Part shown: one piece after another, positions 35,209 to 47,203 of the stretch
Layout of the letters: the number at the start of each line of letters is the position of its first letter
Numbering within the stretch: the stretch's first letter is position 1
Source of the DNA: Christensenellales bacterium
GTDB taxonomy: Bacteria > Bacillota > Clostridia > Christensenellales > UBA3700
Assembly: GCA_051883395.1 (NCBI GenBank)
Contig: JBJETQ010000022.1
Coordinates: 2,305 to 66,304 of the forward strand
Length of the DNA: 64,000 nucleotides
Direction of reading: 5' to 3'
Position numbers and translations under genes: made by a program
Notes under the pieces: generated by a model
The model's input: the letters and a program-made list of their open reading frames with translations, nothing else
The model's database searches: none
Told to the model about the DNA's origin: nothing

Positions 35209-35231
35209 AAACCAAATTAAGGAGAAATTAT

Positions 35232-36407
35232 ATGAATAACAAGGCAATGTATAAATTGAGTTACGGACTGTTTGTCCTTACGGCAAAAGAAGGAGATAAG
35301 GACAACGGTTGTATCATCAACACGGCTATGCAGGCGGCGTCCGTACCCAATCAGGTAAGTATTTGCGTCAACAAAGCCAACTATACTCACGATATGATTG
35401 TCAATACGGGAGTGTTTACTGTGTCCGTCATCAGTCAAAAGGCTAAATTCGAATTATTCAAGCGTTTCGGCTTCCAATCGGGCAGGACAGTTGACAAATT
35501 CGACGGCTTTGACAAGTGCGTCAGGGGTAGCAACGGCTTGTTGTATATCAACGAAGGAACCAATGCTTACATATCGGTCAAGGTTGACAAAACCGTAGAT
35601 TTGGGTTCTCACACTATGTTTATCGGTGAAATTACCGATATGGAAGTGCTTGACGACAGTTCGTCTGCAACTTACGAGTATTATCTCAACAATATCAAGC
35701 CAAAGCCACAACCTGTCGGCGTAGCAGAGAACGGACAAACGGTATGGCGTTGTTCGATATGCGGATATGAATACGTAGGAGAAGAATTGCCTGCGGACTT
35801 TGTCTGCCCTATATGCAAACACCCTGCGTCTGACTTTGAAAAGATTGTAAAAGCCAAAGAAACCGCTTCTACCAACAAATATGCAGGCACTAAGACGGAG
35901 AAAAATCTGCACGAAGCCTTTTCGGGAGAGTCGCAGGCGAGAAACAAATACACGTTTTTTGCTTCGGTTGCTCAAAGAAACGGTTATGAACAGATTGCCG
36001 CTCTGTTCCTGAAAACAGCGGAAAACGAAAGAGAACACGCAAAACTGTGGTTCAACGAACTTGGCGGAATAGGCGATACCGCACAAAATCTCGAAAGTGC
36101 GGCTGACGGTGAAAACTACGAATGGACGGATATGTACGACGGCTTTGCAAAAACGGCAGATGAAGAAGGATTTACAGAACTTGCCGAAAAGTTCCGTAAA
36201 GTGGGAGCAATAGAGAAACGCCACGAGGAGCGCTATCGTGCGTTGCTCAAAAACGTGGAAACACGTGAAGTTTTTGCCAAGAGCGACGTCAAGGTATGGG
36301 AATGTCGTAACTGCGGACACGTTGTCGTAGGCACAAAAGCACCTGACGTTTGTGAAGTATGTTTCTATCCGCAAGCATATTTTGAAGTGAGTGAAGAAAA
36401 TTATTAA
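35232..36407 (+). CDS. flavin reductase-rubredoxin-rubrerythrin fusion protein
   Basis: aa 1-150 are flavin-reductase-like ([21 protein letters not shown]). Rubredoxin segment: [20 protein letters not shown]. Rubrerythrin di-iron helices: [18 protein letters not shown] and [11 protein letters not shown]-terminal rubredoxin-like centre: [15 protein letters not shown]. Confidence 0.85.
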   Translation: MNNKAMYKLSYGLFVLTAKEGDKDNGCIINTAMQAASVPNQVSICVNKANYTHDMIVNTGVFTVSVISQKAKFELFKRFGFQSGRTVDKFDGFDKCVRGSNGLLYINEGTNAYISVKVDKTVDLGSHTMFIGEITDMEVLDDSSSATYEYYLNNIKPKPQPVGVAENGQTVWRCSICGYEYVGEELPADFVCPICKHPASDFEKIVKAKETASTNKYAGTKTEKNLHEAFSGESQARNKYTFFASVAQRNGYEQIAALFLKTAENEREHAKLWFNELGGIGDTAQNLESAADGENYEWTDMYDGFAKTADEEGFTELAEKFRKVGAIEKRHEERYRALLKNVETREVFAKSDVKVWECRNCGHVVVGTKAPDVCEVCFYPQAYFEVSEENY

Positions 36408-36500
36408 AAAGCAATCAATTGATTTTTGATTATCGACAACTATCAGGGCGCTGCGAAGGTTATACAACTAAGTGGCGCTTTGATTTTTAAAAGGTGAAAA

Positions 36501-36797
36501 ATGGCAAGCAGTAAAGAATTCAGAGATTACGTATTGGAACAGATGGAAGGGCTGGAAGTTACAAGCAGACCTATGATGGGCGAGTATATTTTGTATAAAG
36601 ACGGCATTTATTTTGGCGGAGTGTTCGACGATAGACTATTGGTAAAAACCGTCAGGGAGAATGAGAAATACGGAATGGAAAGGCAACTGCCTTATGACGG
36701 AGCAAAACCGATGTATATGGTTGACGACCTGGACGACAGACAAAAACTGGCGCAAATCGTCCAAGATACTTGCAGCGGGTTGAAGCAAAAAAGCTAA
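36501..36797 (+). CDS. TfoX N-terminal domain protein
   Basis: 98 aa with SKEFRDYVLEQMEGL..V..RPMMGEY.LY.DG..FGGVFDDRLLVK. Confidence 0.7.
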   Translation: MASSKEFRDYVLEQMEGLEVTSRPMMGEYILYKDGIYFGGVFDDRLLVKTVRENEKYGMERQLPYDGAKPMYMVDDLDDRQKLAQIVQDTCSGLKQKS

Positions 36798-36828
36798 ACT
36801 CAAAATGACAGTCAAACAAAATAAAAGT

Positions 36829-36857
36829 TACGGCGAGCAAACAAGCTCGCCGTTTTC
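36829..36857. terminator. bidirectional terminator between convergent genes
   Basis: CGGCGAGC-AAACAA-GCTCGCCG followed by TTTT. Confidence 0.7.
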
Positions 36858-36883
36858 AAATGTTGTAAAAAGGCGGTGATAGA

Positions 36884-38257
36884 TTATTCTACCTGATCGC
36901 AACAGTCAAAGTCGTTGTCGATATAGTGTGCGATAAATCTTGCTCTGAAACGGCGTGTATTGCATATTCCGTCAGGAGTACCGCTAACGTCAAGTTCTTC
37001 GGGTAGAACGAACTTGATACAACGCACTTTGATATCGGTACAGCTTTCTTTGGTGTGTGCAGGCACGACAAAAGTTTTGAGTCCACGCTTGTACTCTAAG
37101 TCGTTTTCGTCGAGTTCCGTTACTATTGCGGCGAGAGCAACACGTTTGTTTGGACATACCTTACGCAAAGTTACGTCGAGCTGCAAGACTCTGCCCATAG
37201 ATTCCATCATAAGGTCGCCTGCGTCTATCTCCACGCTGTCGTTGCAACCGCCGATAGATACTTCTACCGGCAAAGGGCAATCTTCGGGAGTTACTACGAC
37301 GTCGCAGTCAACGACGATGGATGGCGACGGAAATACAACTACGTTGCCTTCGTCGTCGGTATATTCTATCGAAGCGTCAACTTCTGTTTCGCCTTCACAT
37401 TCTCCAAGATGTTGTAGAGTAAAGGTAAAACTTGCGCCTTCGCTTTCGGTTTTTCCGAGCTCGTCAATCTTCCATTGTACCGTCGTGTCGTTGAGCATAA
37501 GTGCGCTGCCCTTGGTAGGAGAAGACACGCCTACCACTTTGAAACAGTCTGAGACAATGTCTTTGACAACGATGTCGGTTGCGCCGGGCTTAGAGATATT
37601 TTTTGCCAAATCTTCAAAGATGTCTTCGAGCTGACTGTCGTCGGGTGCTATTGCCACGTAGGCGGAGCTTGGCTGCGACGCCCACATTTTGAGAGCAGCT
37701 TCGTCTATGCCGCCGTCGCCTTCAAGACCTATGGCGTATATGATAACGCCTTGCGCTTTTGCCTGAGCGGCAACTACTGCCGGCATGCTGCCTACCGTCG
37801 TTACGCCGTCGGTAAACATGACCATAACTTTGGCATTGGTTGACGACATGTCAAACAGGTCGAGAGCTTTGGTAAAGGCGTCGGCATGATTGGTACTGCC
37901 GCCTGACGTCAGGGCGTCCACCGCCGCATTGAGAGTGGCTACCGAAGTAATCAGCCCCGTATCCTGTGTGGCTGTGGTGGCAAAACTTACTATGCCTATA
38001 TGACTGCCACCGCCGATATTGCCGTCCTGGCTACTGTCGGTGGACTGGTCAATGATTTCGATAAATTTTTTTGCTCCGAGTTTGAGATTGGCAAGCGGAC
38101 TGCCTTCCATACTGCCGGAGCGGTCTAATATAAGCACGATGTCGGTCGGATTGGATACGATATCGGGCTGAGCGGACAACGAAAGAGTTACGTCAAACGT
38201 GTCCTTGCAATTGATTTGTTTCTTAGAAATGGTTTTATTTGATGACGTTATTCCCAT
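36884..38257 (-). CDS. cytoplasmic vWA-domain protein with a Cys-rich C-terminal region
   Basis: MIDAS motif DIVLILDRSGSMEG, then GGSTN and MFTDG. No signal peptide. GGAAGGAGGA RBS precedes ATG 38257; the longer ORF to 38338 is unsupported. Confidence 0.75.
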   Translation of the reverse strand: MGITSSNKTISKKQINCKDTFDVTLSLSAQPDIVSNPTDIVLILDRSGSMEGSPLANLKLGAKKFIEIIDQSTDSSQDGNIGGGSHIGIVSFATTATQDTGLITSVATLNAAVDALTSGGSTNHADAFTKALDLFDMSSTNAKVMVMFTDGVTTVGSMPAVVAAQAKAQGVIIYAIGLEGDGGIDEAALKMWASQPSSAYVAIAPDDSQLEDIFEDLAKNISKPGATDIVVKDIVSDCFKVVGVSSPTKGSALMLNDTTVQWKIDELGKTESEGASFTFTLQHLGECEGETEVDASIEYTDDEGNVVVFPSPSIVVDCDVVVTPEDCPLPVEVSIGGCNDSVEIDAGDLMMESMGRVLQLDVTLRKVCPNKRVALAAIVTELDENDLEYKRGLKTFVVPAHTKESCTDIKVRCIKFVLPEELDVSGTPDGICNTRRFRARFIAHYIDNDFDCCDQVE

Positions 38258-38479
38258 ATATTTTCCTCCTTCCCCACGACATAATATGATACATTTTGTC
38301 GTCGGGTGAAAGGCGTGTTTCGGACAAGTTTGTTTCAAACAAAGCCTGTCCGTTTGCCGTTTTGGTTGCGACGCTTACAAAATACTTACAAAACTTTATC
38401 GATACGTTTACCAAACGGCGGCGATTTGATAACAAACGCCACGTATAATATAATCACAAAGGTCAAAAGGAGAAATAAA

Positions 38480-38818
38480 ATGGAAAATCAAAAACAAATA
38501 GAAGCAATAAGAAATCAATACGTAAAAAAAGAGATAAGCGAGCTTGACAAACTCAAAGCTCTCGACAAGAAGGCAAAAAGACCTGCAACGATAGTTGCTT
38601 ACGTTATAGGCGTCATCGCAACTCTGTTGTTGGGCGTTGGCATGTGCCTTGCCATGAAGGTTATAGGCGACCTTATGCCATTGGGCATAGTTATCGGAGT
38701 GATAGGCATCGTTTTTATTGGTGTCAATCATCTCATTTACAACAAAGTCCTTGAAAGCGGCAAAAAGAAATATGCCGAACAAATAATCGAAAAAAGCAAC
38801 GAATTGCTCAATAAATAA
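38480..38818 (+). CDS. small membrane protein (2 TM helices), unknown function
   Basis: 112 aa counted from ATG 38480, with an AAAGGAG RBS. TM segments: IVAYVIGVIATLLLGVGMCLAM and LGIVIGVIGIVFIGV. Confidence 0.6.
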   Translation: MENQKQIEAIRNQYVKKEISELDKLKALDKKAKRPATIVAYVIGVIATLLLGVGMCLAMKVIGDLMPLGIVIGVIGIVFIGVNHLIYNKVLESGKKKYAEQIIEKSNELLNK

Positions 38819-38843
38819 TACACTCCTAAATCGATTGTTTGGT

Positions 38844-38882
38844 AAAGGACAAGGCTCTCAATGGGCCTTGTCCTTTTTTTGT
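38844..38882 (+). terminator. rho-independent terminator
   Basis: GGACAAGGC-loop-GCCTTGTCC followed by T8. Confidence 0.8.
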
Positions 38883-38989
38883 CGTTTTCAAAAGTGTGCA
38901 AAATTCGTCTTAAAACGGCTTTTCGTAACGCTAAATTTTAAAGATATTGTAAAATCGGGTTGAAAAAGGGCGATTTTGAAAATTCGCCG

Positions 38990-39018
38990 TTGACTTGCAC
39001 AAAAAAGTATTGTAAAAT
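38990..39018 (+). promoter_or_regulatory. sigma-A type promoter of the atp operon
   Basis: TTGACT (38990-38995), a 17-nt spacer ending in TG, then TAAAAT (39013-39018). Confidence 0.5.
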
Positions 39019-39067
39019 ATTACTTGATTATATCGGTACAATAGTGGCGAAATAATATAGGAAAAAT

Positions 39068-39610
39068 ATGAAACTTAGCAAAACAATATACAAAGAAACG
39101 GCTTATATCGCTATCTGGACAATTATTTTCAGCGTGTTGATGAATGCGGTTTTTTTGATTGTAAGAAAGTGGAATTTGACGGTATTGTGGGGCAATCTTC
39201 TCAGTTTTGCGGGCGGCGTGCTCAACTTTTTTTTGTTGGGAGTAACGGTGCAAAAGGCATTGGATTATGACGAAAAAAAAGCAAAAACAGCCATGAAACT
39301 GTCGCAAAGTCTGCGACTTTTGATGTTGTTTGTGTTCGCTGTTGTGGGAGTGATTTTCGACTGTTTCAATATCATTGCGGTATTACTGCCGCTGCTTTTC
39401 CCAAGAATCGCCATAGCTATAAGACCGCTTTTTGATAAAAAAATGAACAAAGGAGGGGAGATAAGTGGAAACACTAGTGCAGACGACGGAAACGACGGAT
39501 TTGCAGAATGCGCAGGCACAGACGACGGAAACGACGGACTTGCAGAAAGCGCAGATGCAGACGGCGCAAACGCAATCTCAGTCGAAGAAGACGTCGAAGA
39601 AAACCAATGA
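39068..39610 (+). CDS. atpI: ATP synthase subunit I (AtpI-like) with an acidic C-terminal extension overlapping atpB
   Basis: Four hydrophobic segments, located at the head of the atp operon. The frame stays open 146 nt into atpB. Confidence 0.6.
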   Translation: MKLSKTIYKETAYIAIWTIIFSVLMNAVFLIVRKWNLTVLWGNLLSFAGGVLNFFLLGVTVQKALDYDEKKAKTAMKLSQSLRLLMLFVFAVVGVIFDCFNIIAVLLPLLFPRIAIAIRPLFDKKMNKGGEISGNTSADDGNDGFAECAGTDDGNDGLAESADADGANAISVEEDVEENQ

Positions 39611-40511
39611 TATCCTCTTCAAAGTAGTTGACGTTTTGTTGATAATCATGATGCTGTTGCCGATAGTAGCGGCAATGGTACTCAAAGTTTTGTTTACTCC
39701 TGCGTCGCAAGGCGTGGAGATTACGGGTGCGCTCATATATTTTACTATCCCTATGCCGTTCCAGGATTTGCCGATAGGCGAATCGCAGGTCAACAGCTGG
39801 CTGTTGATAATTTCGATAATCTTTTTGTGTCTGTTTATGACTCACGGCATCAAAGAAAGACCAAATCTCAAAAGACAGTACGTTATCGAATGGGCTGTGG
39901 ATAAGGTCAAGGCAATGGTGGGTGAGAGCATGGGAGACTACTTTGCAGGTTTTGCCGCTTTTATTGCAGGTATAATGGTTTTGTCTGCATTGTCCAGTCT
40001 TTTGTCGCTGGTAGGACTCTTTCCTCCGACTTCTGACATCAACGTTGTAGCAGGTTGGGCGATACTGGTATTCTTTATCATCACGTATTACAAGATGAAA
40101 TGCGGACCTGTCAACTATCTCAAAGGTTTTACCAAGCCTGTGGCGCTGTTGTTGCCTATCAACATAATCAGCGAGTTCGCAACACCCGTATCAATGGCTT
40201 TCCGTCATTACGGCAATATACTTTCCGGTACGGTAATATCGGTGCTGTTGGGAGCGGCGTTGAGAACGTTGTCTGCAAAGTTGTTGGGCTGGCTGCCGGG
40301 AGTGCTGGGAGACATACCGTATTTGCAGGTCGGCATTCCTGCAATATTGTCGCTGTATTTCGACGTATTCAGTTCGCTGTTGCAGGCATATATCTTTGCG
40401 ATGCTGACGATGATGTACGTGTCGAGTGCTTTCGAATACGACCTGTATCAGCAGCGACAGTATAACAAACAACAAAAAAAGCAACAAAAAAGGGCTAGGG
40501 CAAACGCTTAG
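39465..40511 (+). CDS. atpB: F0F1 ATP synthase subunit a
   Basis: GTG start 6 nt after a GGAGGGG RBS. Conserved FRHYGNILSG (the essential Arg region) and LQAYIFAMLT. The N-terminal extension carries a 13-aa tandem repeat. Confidence 0.85.
   Translation: METLVQTTETTDLQNAQAQTTETTDLQKAQMQTAQTQSQSKKTSKKTNDILFKVVDVLLIIMMLLPIVAAMVLKVLFTPASQGVEITGALIYFTIPMPFQDLPIGESQVNSWLLIISIIFLCLFMTHGIKERPNLKRQYVIEWAVDKVKAMVGESMGDYFAGFAAFIAGIMVLSALSSLLSLVGLFPPTSDINVVAGWAILVFFIITYYKMKCGPVNYLKGFTKPVALLLPINIISEFATPVSMAFRHYGNILSGTVISVLLGAALRTLSAKLLGWLPGVLGDIPYLQVGIPAILSLYFDVFSSLLQAYIFAMLTMMYVSSAFEYDLYQQRQYNKQQKKQQKRARANA
39480..39575 (+). repeat. 39-nt tandem repeat (about 2.4 copies) inside the atpI/atpB overlap
   Basis: CAGACGACGGAAACGACGGATTTGCAGAATGCGCAGGCA is followed by CAGACGACGGAAACGACGGACTTGCAGAAAGCGCAGATG and then a partial third unit. 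Confidence 0.85.
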
Positions 40512-40523
40512 TCTTAGAAATAA

Positions 40524-40835
<312 letters not shown>

Positions 40836-40847
40836 TCGGAGGAAACA

Positions 40848-41360
40848 ATGCAAACATCAGAGATTATATCTGTCAACGTCTGGCAAATAATCATCTCGCT
40901 GTGCAATCTAGTGATTATCTTCGTCATTCTCAAAAAGTTGCTGTTCAAGCCTATACAGAAGATGCTGGACAAGCGCAAAAACATGATTGACGAACAGTAT
41001 GACAAGGCTCAGAAGGCTCAGGATGAAGCCGAACAAGCCAAAGCCGAGTGGGACGAAAAGATGAGCGTTGCCGACGCCCGTGCAGACGGAATAATCGACA
41101 GCGCCAACAAACGTGCCGAAAAAATCACCGAAAAGGCGACGCTGGAAGCGAGAGAAAAAGCCGACGCAATCGTCAGACAAGCCCAAGTTGACGCAGACCT
41201 TGAAAGAAAGAAGGCTGAGGACGACATAAAAAAGGAAATTGTCGACGTTTCGTCTTGCCTTGCCGAAAAGATTATCGAGAGAGAAATCGACGTGGACGAC
41301 CACCGCAAGTTGATAGACTCTTTTATTGACAAGATAGGAGAGAGCGATGATAATCAATAA
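40848..41360 (+). CDS. atpF: F0F1 ATP synthase subunit b
   Basis: A single N-terminal TM helix followed by a long charged helix; operon position fits. Confidence 0.85.
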   Translation: MQTSEIISVNVWQIIISLCNLVIIFVILKKLLFKPIQKMLDKRKNMIDEQYDKAQKAQDEAEQAKAEWDEKMSVADARADGIIDSANKRAEKITEKATLEAREKADAIVRQAQVDADLERKKAEDDIKKEIVDVSSCLAEKIIEREIDVDDHRKLIDSFIDKIGESDDNQ

Positions 41361-41880
41361 GGTAAGTGCAGAATATGCCGGAGCGTTGTTTGAGCTTTCC
41401 GTTGAAAAGGGCGTGCAGAAGCAGTATTACGACGACGTAGTCAGGATTTATCAGGCTCTAAAAGAAAACCCTGCTTTTGGAGAGCTGTTGACTTCTGCAA
41501 ACGTAACGATAGCGGAAAAAATCGACATAGTCGACAAGGCTTTTGGCAGTCTCAATGAAGACGTGGTTTCCTGGGTAAAGATTCTTTGCGAAAAAAAGCG
41601 TTTCGATTTGTTTGACTTTTGCTATCGTGATTACGTGGGAATGTACAACGATGCCAACAAGATTCTGACGGCAAAGGTCAGGACGGCTTTGCCTTTGAGC
41701 AAAGAAGAAAAACAAAGGCTCACCAAAGAATTGGAAAAAAAGAGCGGGCATAAAGTCGTGCTGGAATGTGTGGTCGATGCCAACGTGCTTGGCGGTATGA
41801 TTATCGAACATGAAGGCAAAATTATCGACGGCAGTCTCAAAACCCGTCTTAACAGAATAAAGGAAGTGATAAATAAATGA
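41347..41880 (+). CDS. atpH: F0F1 ATP synthase subunit delta
   Basis: YAGALFELS ... and the C-terminal [13 protein letters not shown] are typical of the OSCP/delta family. Confidence 0.85.
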   Translation: MIINKVSAEYAGALFELSVEKGVQKQYYDDVVRIYQALKENPAFGELLTSANVTIAEKIDIVDKAFGSLNEDVVSWVKILCEKKRFDLFDFCYRDYVGMYNDANKILTAKVRTALPLSKEEKQRLTKELEKKSGHKVVLECVVDANVLGGMIIEHEGKIIDGSLKTRLNRIKEVINK

Positions 41881-43370
41881 ATGGTAAACCCGAAGAAATA
41901 AGCAGTATTATCAAGGACCAAATCAAAAATTACAATTCCCGTATCGAAATGCGAGAGACGGGAAAGGTTATTCTTGTGGGCGACTCTATTGCCAAGGTTT
42001 ACGGACTCAAAGACTGTATGTCCAGCGAGCTGTTGGAGTTTGACGACGGCAGTTTCGGTATTGCCCAAAACCTGGAAGCAGAAACGGTGTCGGTGGCTAT
42101 TCTTTCCGATACCAATCAGATTCATGAAGGCAGTATAGTCAAAAGAACCGGCAGAGTCGTTTCGGTGCCTGTCGGTGAAGCTTTGCTGGGCAGAATCGTA
42201 GACGCTTTGGGCAATCCAATCGACGGCAAGGGACCTGTGGCTTATACTACTACCAAACCGGTAGAAGCCGAAGCTCCTGGAATCATAGAGAGACAGAGCG
42301 TATCGGTGCCTTTGCAGACGGGTATCAAGGCTATTGACAGTATGATACCGATAGGCAGGGGACAAAGAGAACTGATTATCGGCGATAGACAGACGGGTAA
42401 GACGGCTATCGTTACCGATACCATAATCAATCAGAAGAACACGGGAGTGCTGTGTATTTACGTGGCGATAGGTCAAAAGAGTACGTCTGTGGTGCAACTT
42501 GCCCAGGAATTGAGCAAAGCGGGAGCGATGGAATATACCATTATCGTGTCGGCTTCGGCTGCGGAGAGTGCTCCTTTGCAATACATTGCTCCTTATGCAG
42601 GTTGCGCAATGGCGGAATATTTCAGAGAACAGGGCAAAGACGTGTTGATTATATACGACGACTTGTCCAAGCACGCCGTGGCATATCGTGCGCTGTCGTT
42701 GCTCATACGCAGGCCGCCGGGACGTGAAGCATACCCTGGCGACGTATTCTACCTGCACTCTCGTCTTTTGGAGAGAGCGGCATGTGTTGCTCCTGAATTT
42801 GGTGGCGGTTCCATAACCGCTCTGCCCATTATCGAAACTCAGGCAGGAGACGTGTCGGCATATATCCCTACCAACGTAATATCCATTACCGACGGACAGA
42901 TATTTTTGGAAACAGAACTCTTTAACGCAGGAGTTATGCCTGCTATCAACCCGGGAATTTCCGTCAGCCGTGTAGGCGGTTCGGCGCAGATAAAGGGTAT
43001 GAAAAAGGTAGCCGGAGAACTCAAACTTCTGTATTCGCAATACAGGGAATTGCAGGCTTTTGCACAATTTGGCAGCGACCTTGACCAAGACACCAAAAAA
43101 CGTCTTGCTCTTGGCGAGAGAATTGCCGAAGTTCTGAAACAAAAGCGCAACGCACCTGTTAGAGTAGGCTGTCAGGTGGCTATCGTTTATGCCGTAGTCA
43201 ACGGTTATCTCGACGAAGTGCCTGTGGAAAAAGTCAAGAAGTACGAAAAAGCACTGTACGAGACTTTGGAGAACGATTACGTCGATTTGCTTGTAAGAAT
43301 AGAGAGCGGCGAGTACGGCGAGCGTGAAATAGAAGATTTGAAACAAGCATTGAGCGGTCTGAGGTGGTAA
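41877..43370 (+). CDS. atpA: F0F1 ATP synthase subunit alpha
   Basis: GDRQTGKT Walker [11 protein letters not shown], and [21 protein letters not shown]. Confidence 0.95.
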   Translation: MNGKPEEISSIIKDQIKNYNSRIEMRETGKVILVGDSIAKVYGLKDCMSSELLEFDDGSFGIAQNLEAETVSVAILSDTNQIHEGSIVKRTGRVVSVPVGEALLGRIVDALGNPIDGKGPVAYTTTKPVEAEAPGIIERQSVSVPLQTGIKAIDSMIPIGRGQRELIIGDRQTGKTAIVTDTIINQKNTGVLCIYVAIGQKSTSVVQLAQELSKAGAMEYTIIVSASAAESAPLQYIAPYAGCAMAEYFREQGKDVLIIYDDLSKHAVAYRALSLLIRRPPGREAYPGDVFYLHSRLLERAACVAPEFGGGSITALPIIETQAGDVSAYIPTNVISITDGQIFLETELFNAGVMPAINPGISVSRVGGSAQIKGMKKVAGELKLLYSQYRELQAFAQFGSDLDQDTKKRLALGERIAEVLKQKRNAPVRVGCQVAIVYAVVNGYLDEVPVEKVKKYEKALYETLENDYVDLLVRIESGEYGEREIEDLKQALSGLRW

Positions 43371-43371
43371 A

Positions 43372-45583
<2,212 letters not shown>

Positions 45584-45586
45584 AAA

Positions 45587-45847
45587 ATGAAGAATTTTCA
45601 GTTGATTGTTTCTACACCCGACGGCAATGCCTTTGACAGACAGGTTCAGATGTTGAGTTTGCGTGGCGTGGACGGCGACCTTGCGGTTATGGCGGGACAC
45701 GTTCCGTTTTGTACGGCGATAAAACCCGGCAGATGCAAGATATGGACCGATGACGAAGATTTGACTGCCGTTACCGACGCAGGAATGTTGGTCGTGGGGC
45801 AGGACAAAGTCATTTTGCTTGTGGGCAGTATGACGATTGACGAATAA
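45587..45847 (+). CDS. atpC: F0F1 ATP synthase subunit epsilon, N-terminal beta-sandwich only (86 aa)
   Basis: The sequence LIVSTPDGNAFDRQVQMLSLRGVDGDLAVMAGHVP and the operon position identify it. The usual C-terminal two-helix domain is absent, and a terminator follows directly. Confidence 0.8.
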   Translation: MKNFQLIVSTPDGNAFDRQVQMLSLRGVDGDLAVMAGHVPFCTAIKPGRCKIWTDDEDLTAVTDAGMLVVGQDKVILLVGSMTIDE

Positions 45848-45855
45848 ATAGTAAA

Positions 45856-45895
45856 ACAAAAAAAATACAGCGCCGTATACGGCGCTGTTTTATTT
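45856..45895. terminator. bidirectional terminator between atpC and the convergent peptidase gene
   Basis: An A-run, then ACAGCGCCG-TATA-CGGCGCTGT, then TTTTATTT. Confidence 0.8.
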
Positions 45896-45925
45896 GCCAA
45901 CAAATTGTTTAGTTTATTTGTTTAG

Positions 45926-47203
45926 TTATTGGTTCGTTCTGTTTTTGTGATATTCGTCAATCTTAGGCACGAGATTTATCATTGTTTCAAAGCCTTTTTC
46001 GAGAGAGAACATGCTAAGTCCGTCCACCGTGTCTTTGATAGTATGGTAGTAATCGGTAGCGGTAGGGTTCTGAGCGTTGAGAGTAACCGTCTTGTAACCT
46101 GCTCTTGCAAAAGGAGTTGAATCGCAACCGCCGACAGGGTTGGATACTATCTTTGGATTGAGTTCCGCTTCTTTCATTGCTTCGATTGACATATCGATAA
46201 GGTCTTTGTCAAAGTGGCTGGCCAGCCATACGTCGCCTTTGACAGCGCAAAAATGGTCGTCGTCTCTGAAAGAATCGAGATTTATGTTGTAGAGATTTTC
46301 GTTCAGCCAATCGAGCTTGCCCTTGTTGTCTCTGCAAAAAGCCGACGAACCTTTGAGTCCCGATTCTTCTGCGCCGAGAGCTGCAAGTACAAAGCGGCAG
46401 TTTTCAGGCCATTGGTCAGGGTTTTCCTGCATATATTTGATGGTGGCAAGTCCAATCTCTATGCCGCTCATGTTGTCCATTGCGCCTGGTGCGCCTATGG
46501 TAGTGGTAAGAAAGTCGGAGAGCCAGTAGCAGCCCGGCAGACAAAATACAGGCAACATATACAGTATCAGGTCAAATACTTGCCAGCCGCTGAGTCCGCC
46601 TACGGCAGTAGAAAAGTTTGCGAGATATGTAAAGGTGTACGCACCACGTAGCACAAGAATAAAGGAAGCGATAATCATAGCCACGATAGAAACGACTCCC
46701 ATAACAGTCTTGATTATCATTGTCTTAGGATTTTTGAGAGACAAATTCCAGTTCCAGCAGCTGTCTATATGTCCCGACAGCATTATGGTATATTTTGCTT
46801 CTCCCTTAGGCTCGTACACCGAAAAAACGTTGTGAGAAGTGCCTTGCGGAAAAGCCCAGTCGAGCGCACCGCTATAAGAAAATATTTGGAGACAAGCGGC
46901 TATAAATAAGAAAAGTCCCCATATAAGCGCAGCAATCGGAGACAGATAGAACAATGCGAATTGTATTCCGCCGCCTATGCCCAACAAAGGAATTGCACCT
47001 ATAGACGCTCGTGGAGCATGAACGAATGGCTGAGAAATTACTTCTTTTGCCCCCAGTTCTCTTTTCATCTGTTCTTCAACCATCTGACAGCCCAATTCTT
47101 CTTCTTTGGAAGCAGGTAGTCTTGGTCCGGTCTTGTCGACGACTTCTTTGATAAGGTCGTAGACATACTTGCCTTTTTGCTTGATAATCTCTTGTTTGTC
47201 CAT
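45926..47203 (-). CDS. M28-family metallopeptidase with inserted TM segments
   Basis: IMLSGHIDS, GAMDNMSGI and LGAEESGLKGS (zinc-ligand motifs of M28/M20-type peptidases), plus several hydrophobic helices. Confidence 0.6.
   Translation of the reverse strand: MDKQEIIKQKGKYVYDLIKEVVDKTGPRLPASKEEELGCQMVEEQMKRELGAKEVISQPFVHAPRASIGAIPLLGIGGGIQFALFYLSPIAALIWGLFLFIAACLQIFSYSGALDWAFPQGTSHNVFSVYEPKGEAKYTIMLSGHIDSCWNWNLSLKNPKTMIIKTVMGVVSIVAMIIASFILVLRGAYTFTYLANFSTAVGGLSGWQVFDLILYMLPVFCLPGCYWLSDFLTTTIGAPGAMDNMSGIEIGLATIKYMQENPDQWPENCRFVLAALGAEESGLKGSSAFCRDNKGKLDWLNENLYNINLDSFRDDDHFCAVKGDVWLASHFDKDLIDMSIEAMKEAELNPKIVSNPVGGCDSTPFARAGYKTVTLNAQNPTATDYYHTIKDTVDGLSMFSLEKGFETMINLVPKIDEYHKNRTNQ

Noticed and set aside
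38258-38338. An upstream extension of the vWA gene (ORF to 38338), and the plus-strand ORF start at 38306 for the small membrane protein.
   Set aside because: Strong RBS sequences sit directly before the internal ATGs at 38257 (minus strand) and 38480 (plus strand). The extensions overlap each other in the divergent promoter region.
39480-39575. The tandem 39-nt repeats, considered as a possible CRISPR array or minisatellite.
   Set aside because: There are only about 2.4 adjacent copies with no spacers, and they lie within coding sequence. It is a coding tandem duplication, not a CRISPR array. I saw no CRISPR array anywhere in the window.
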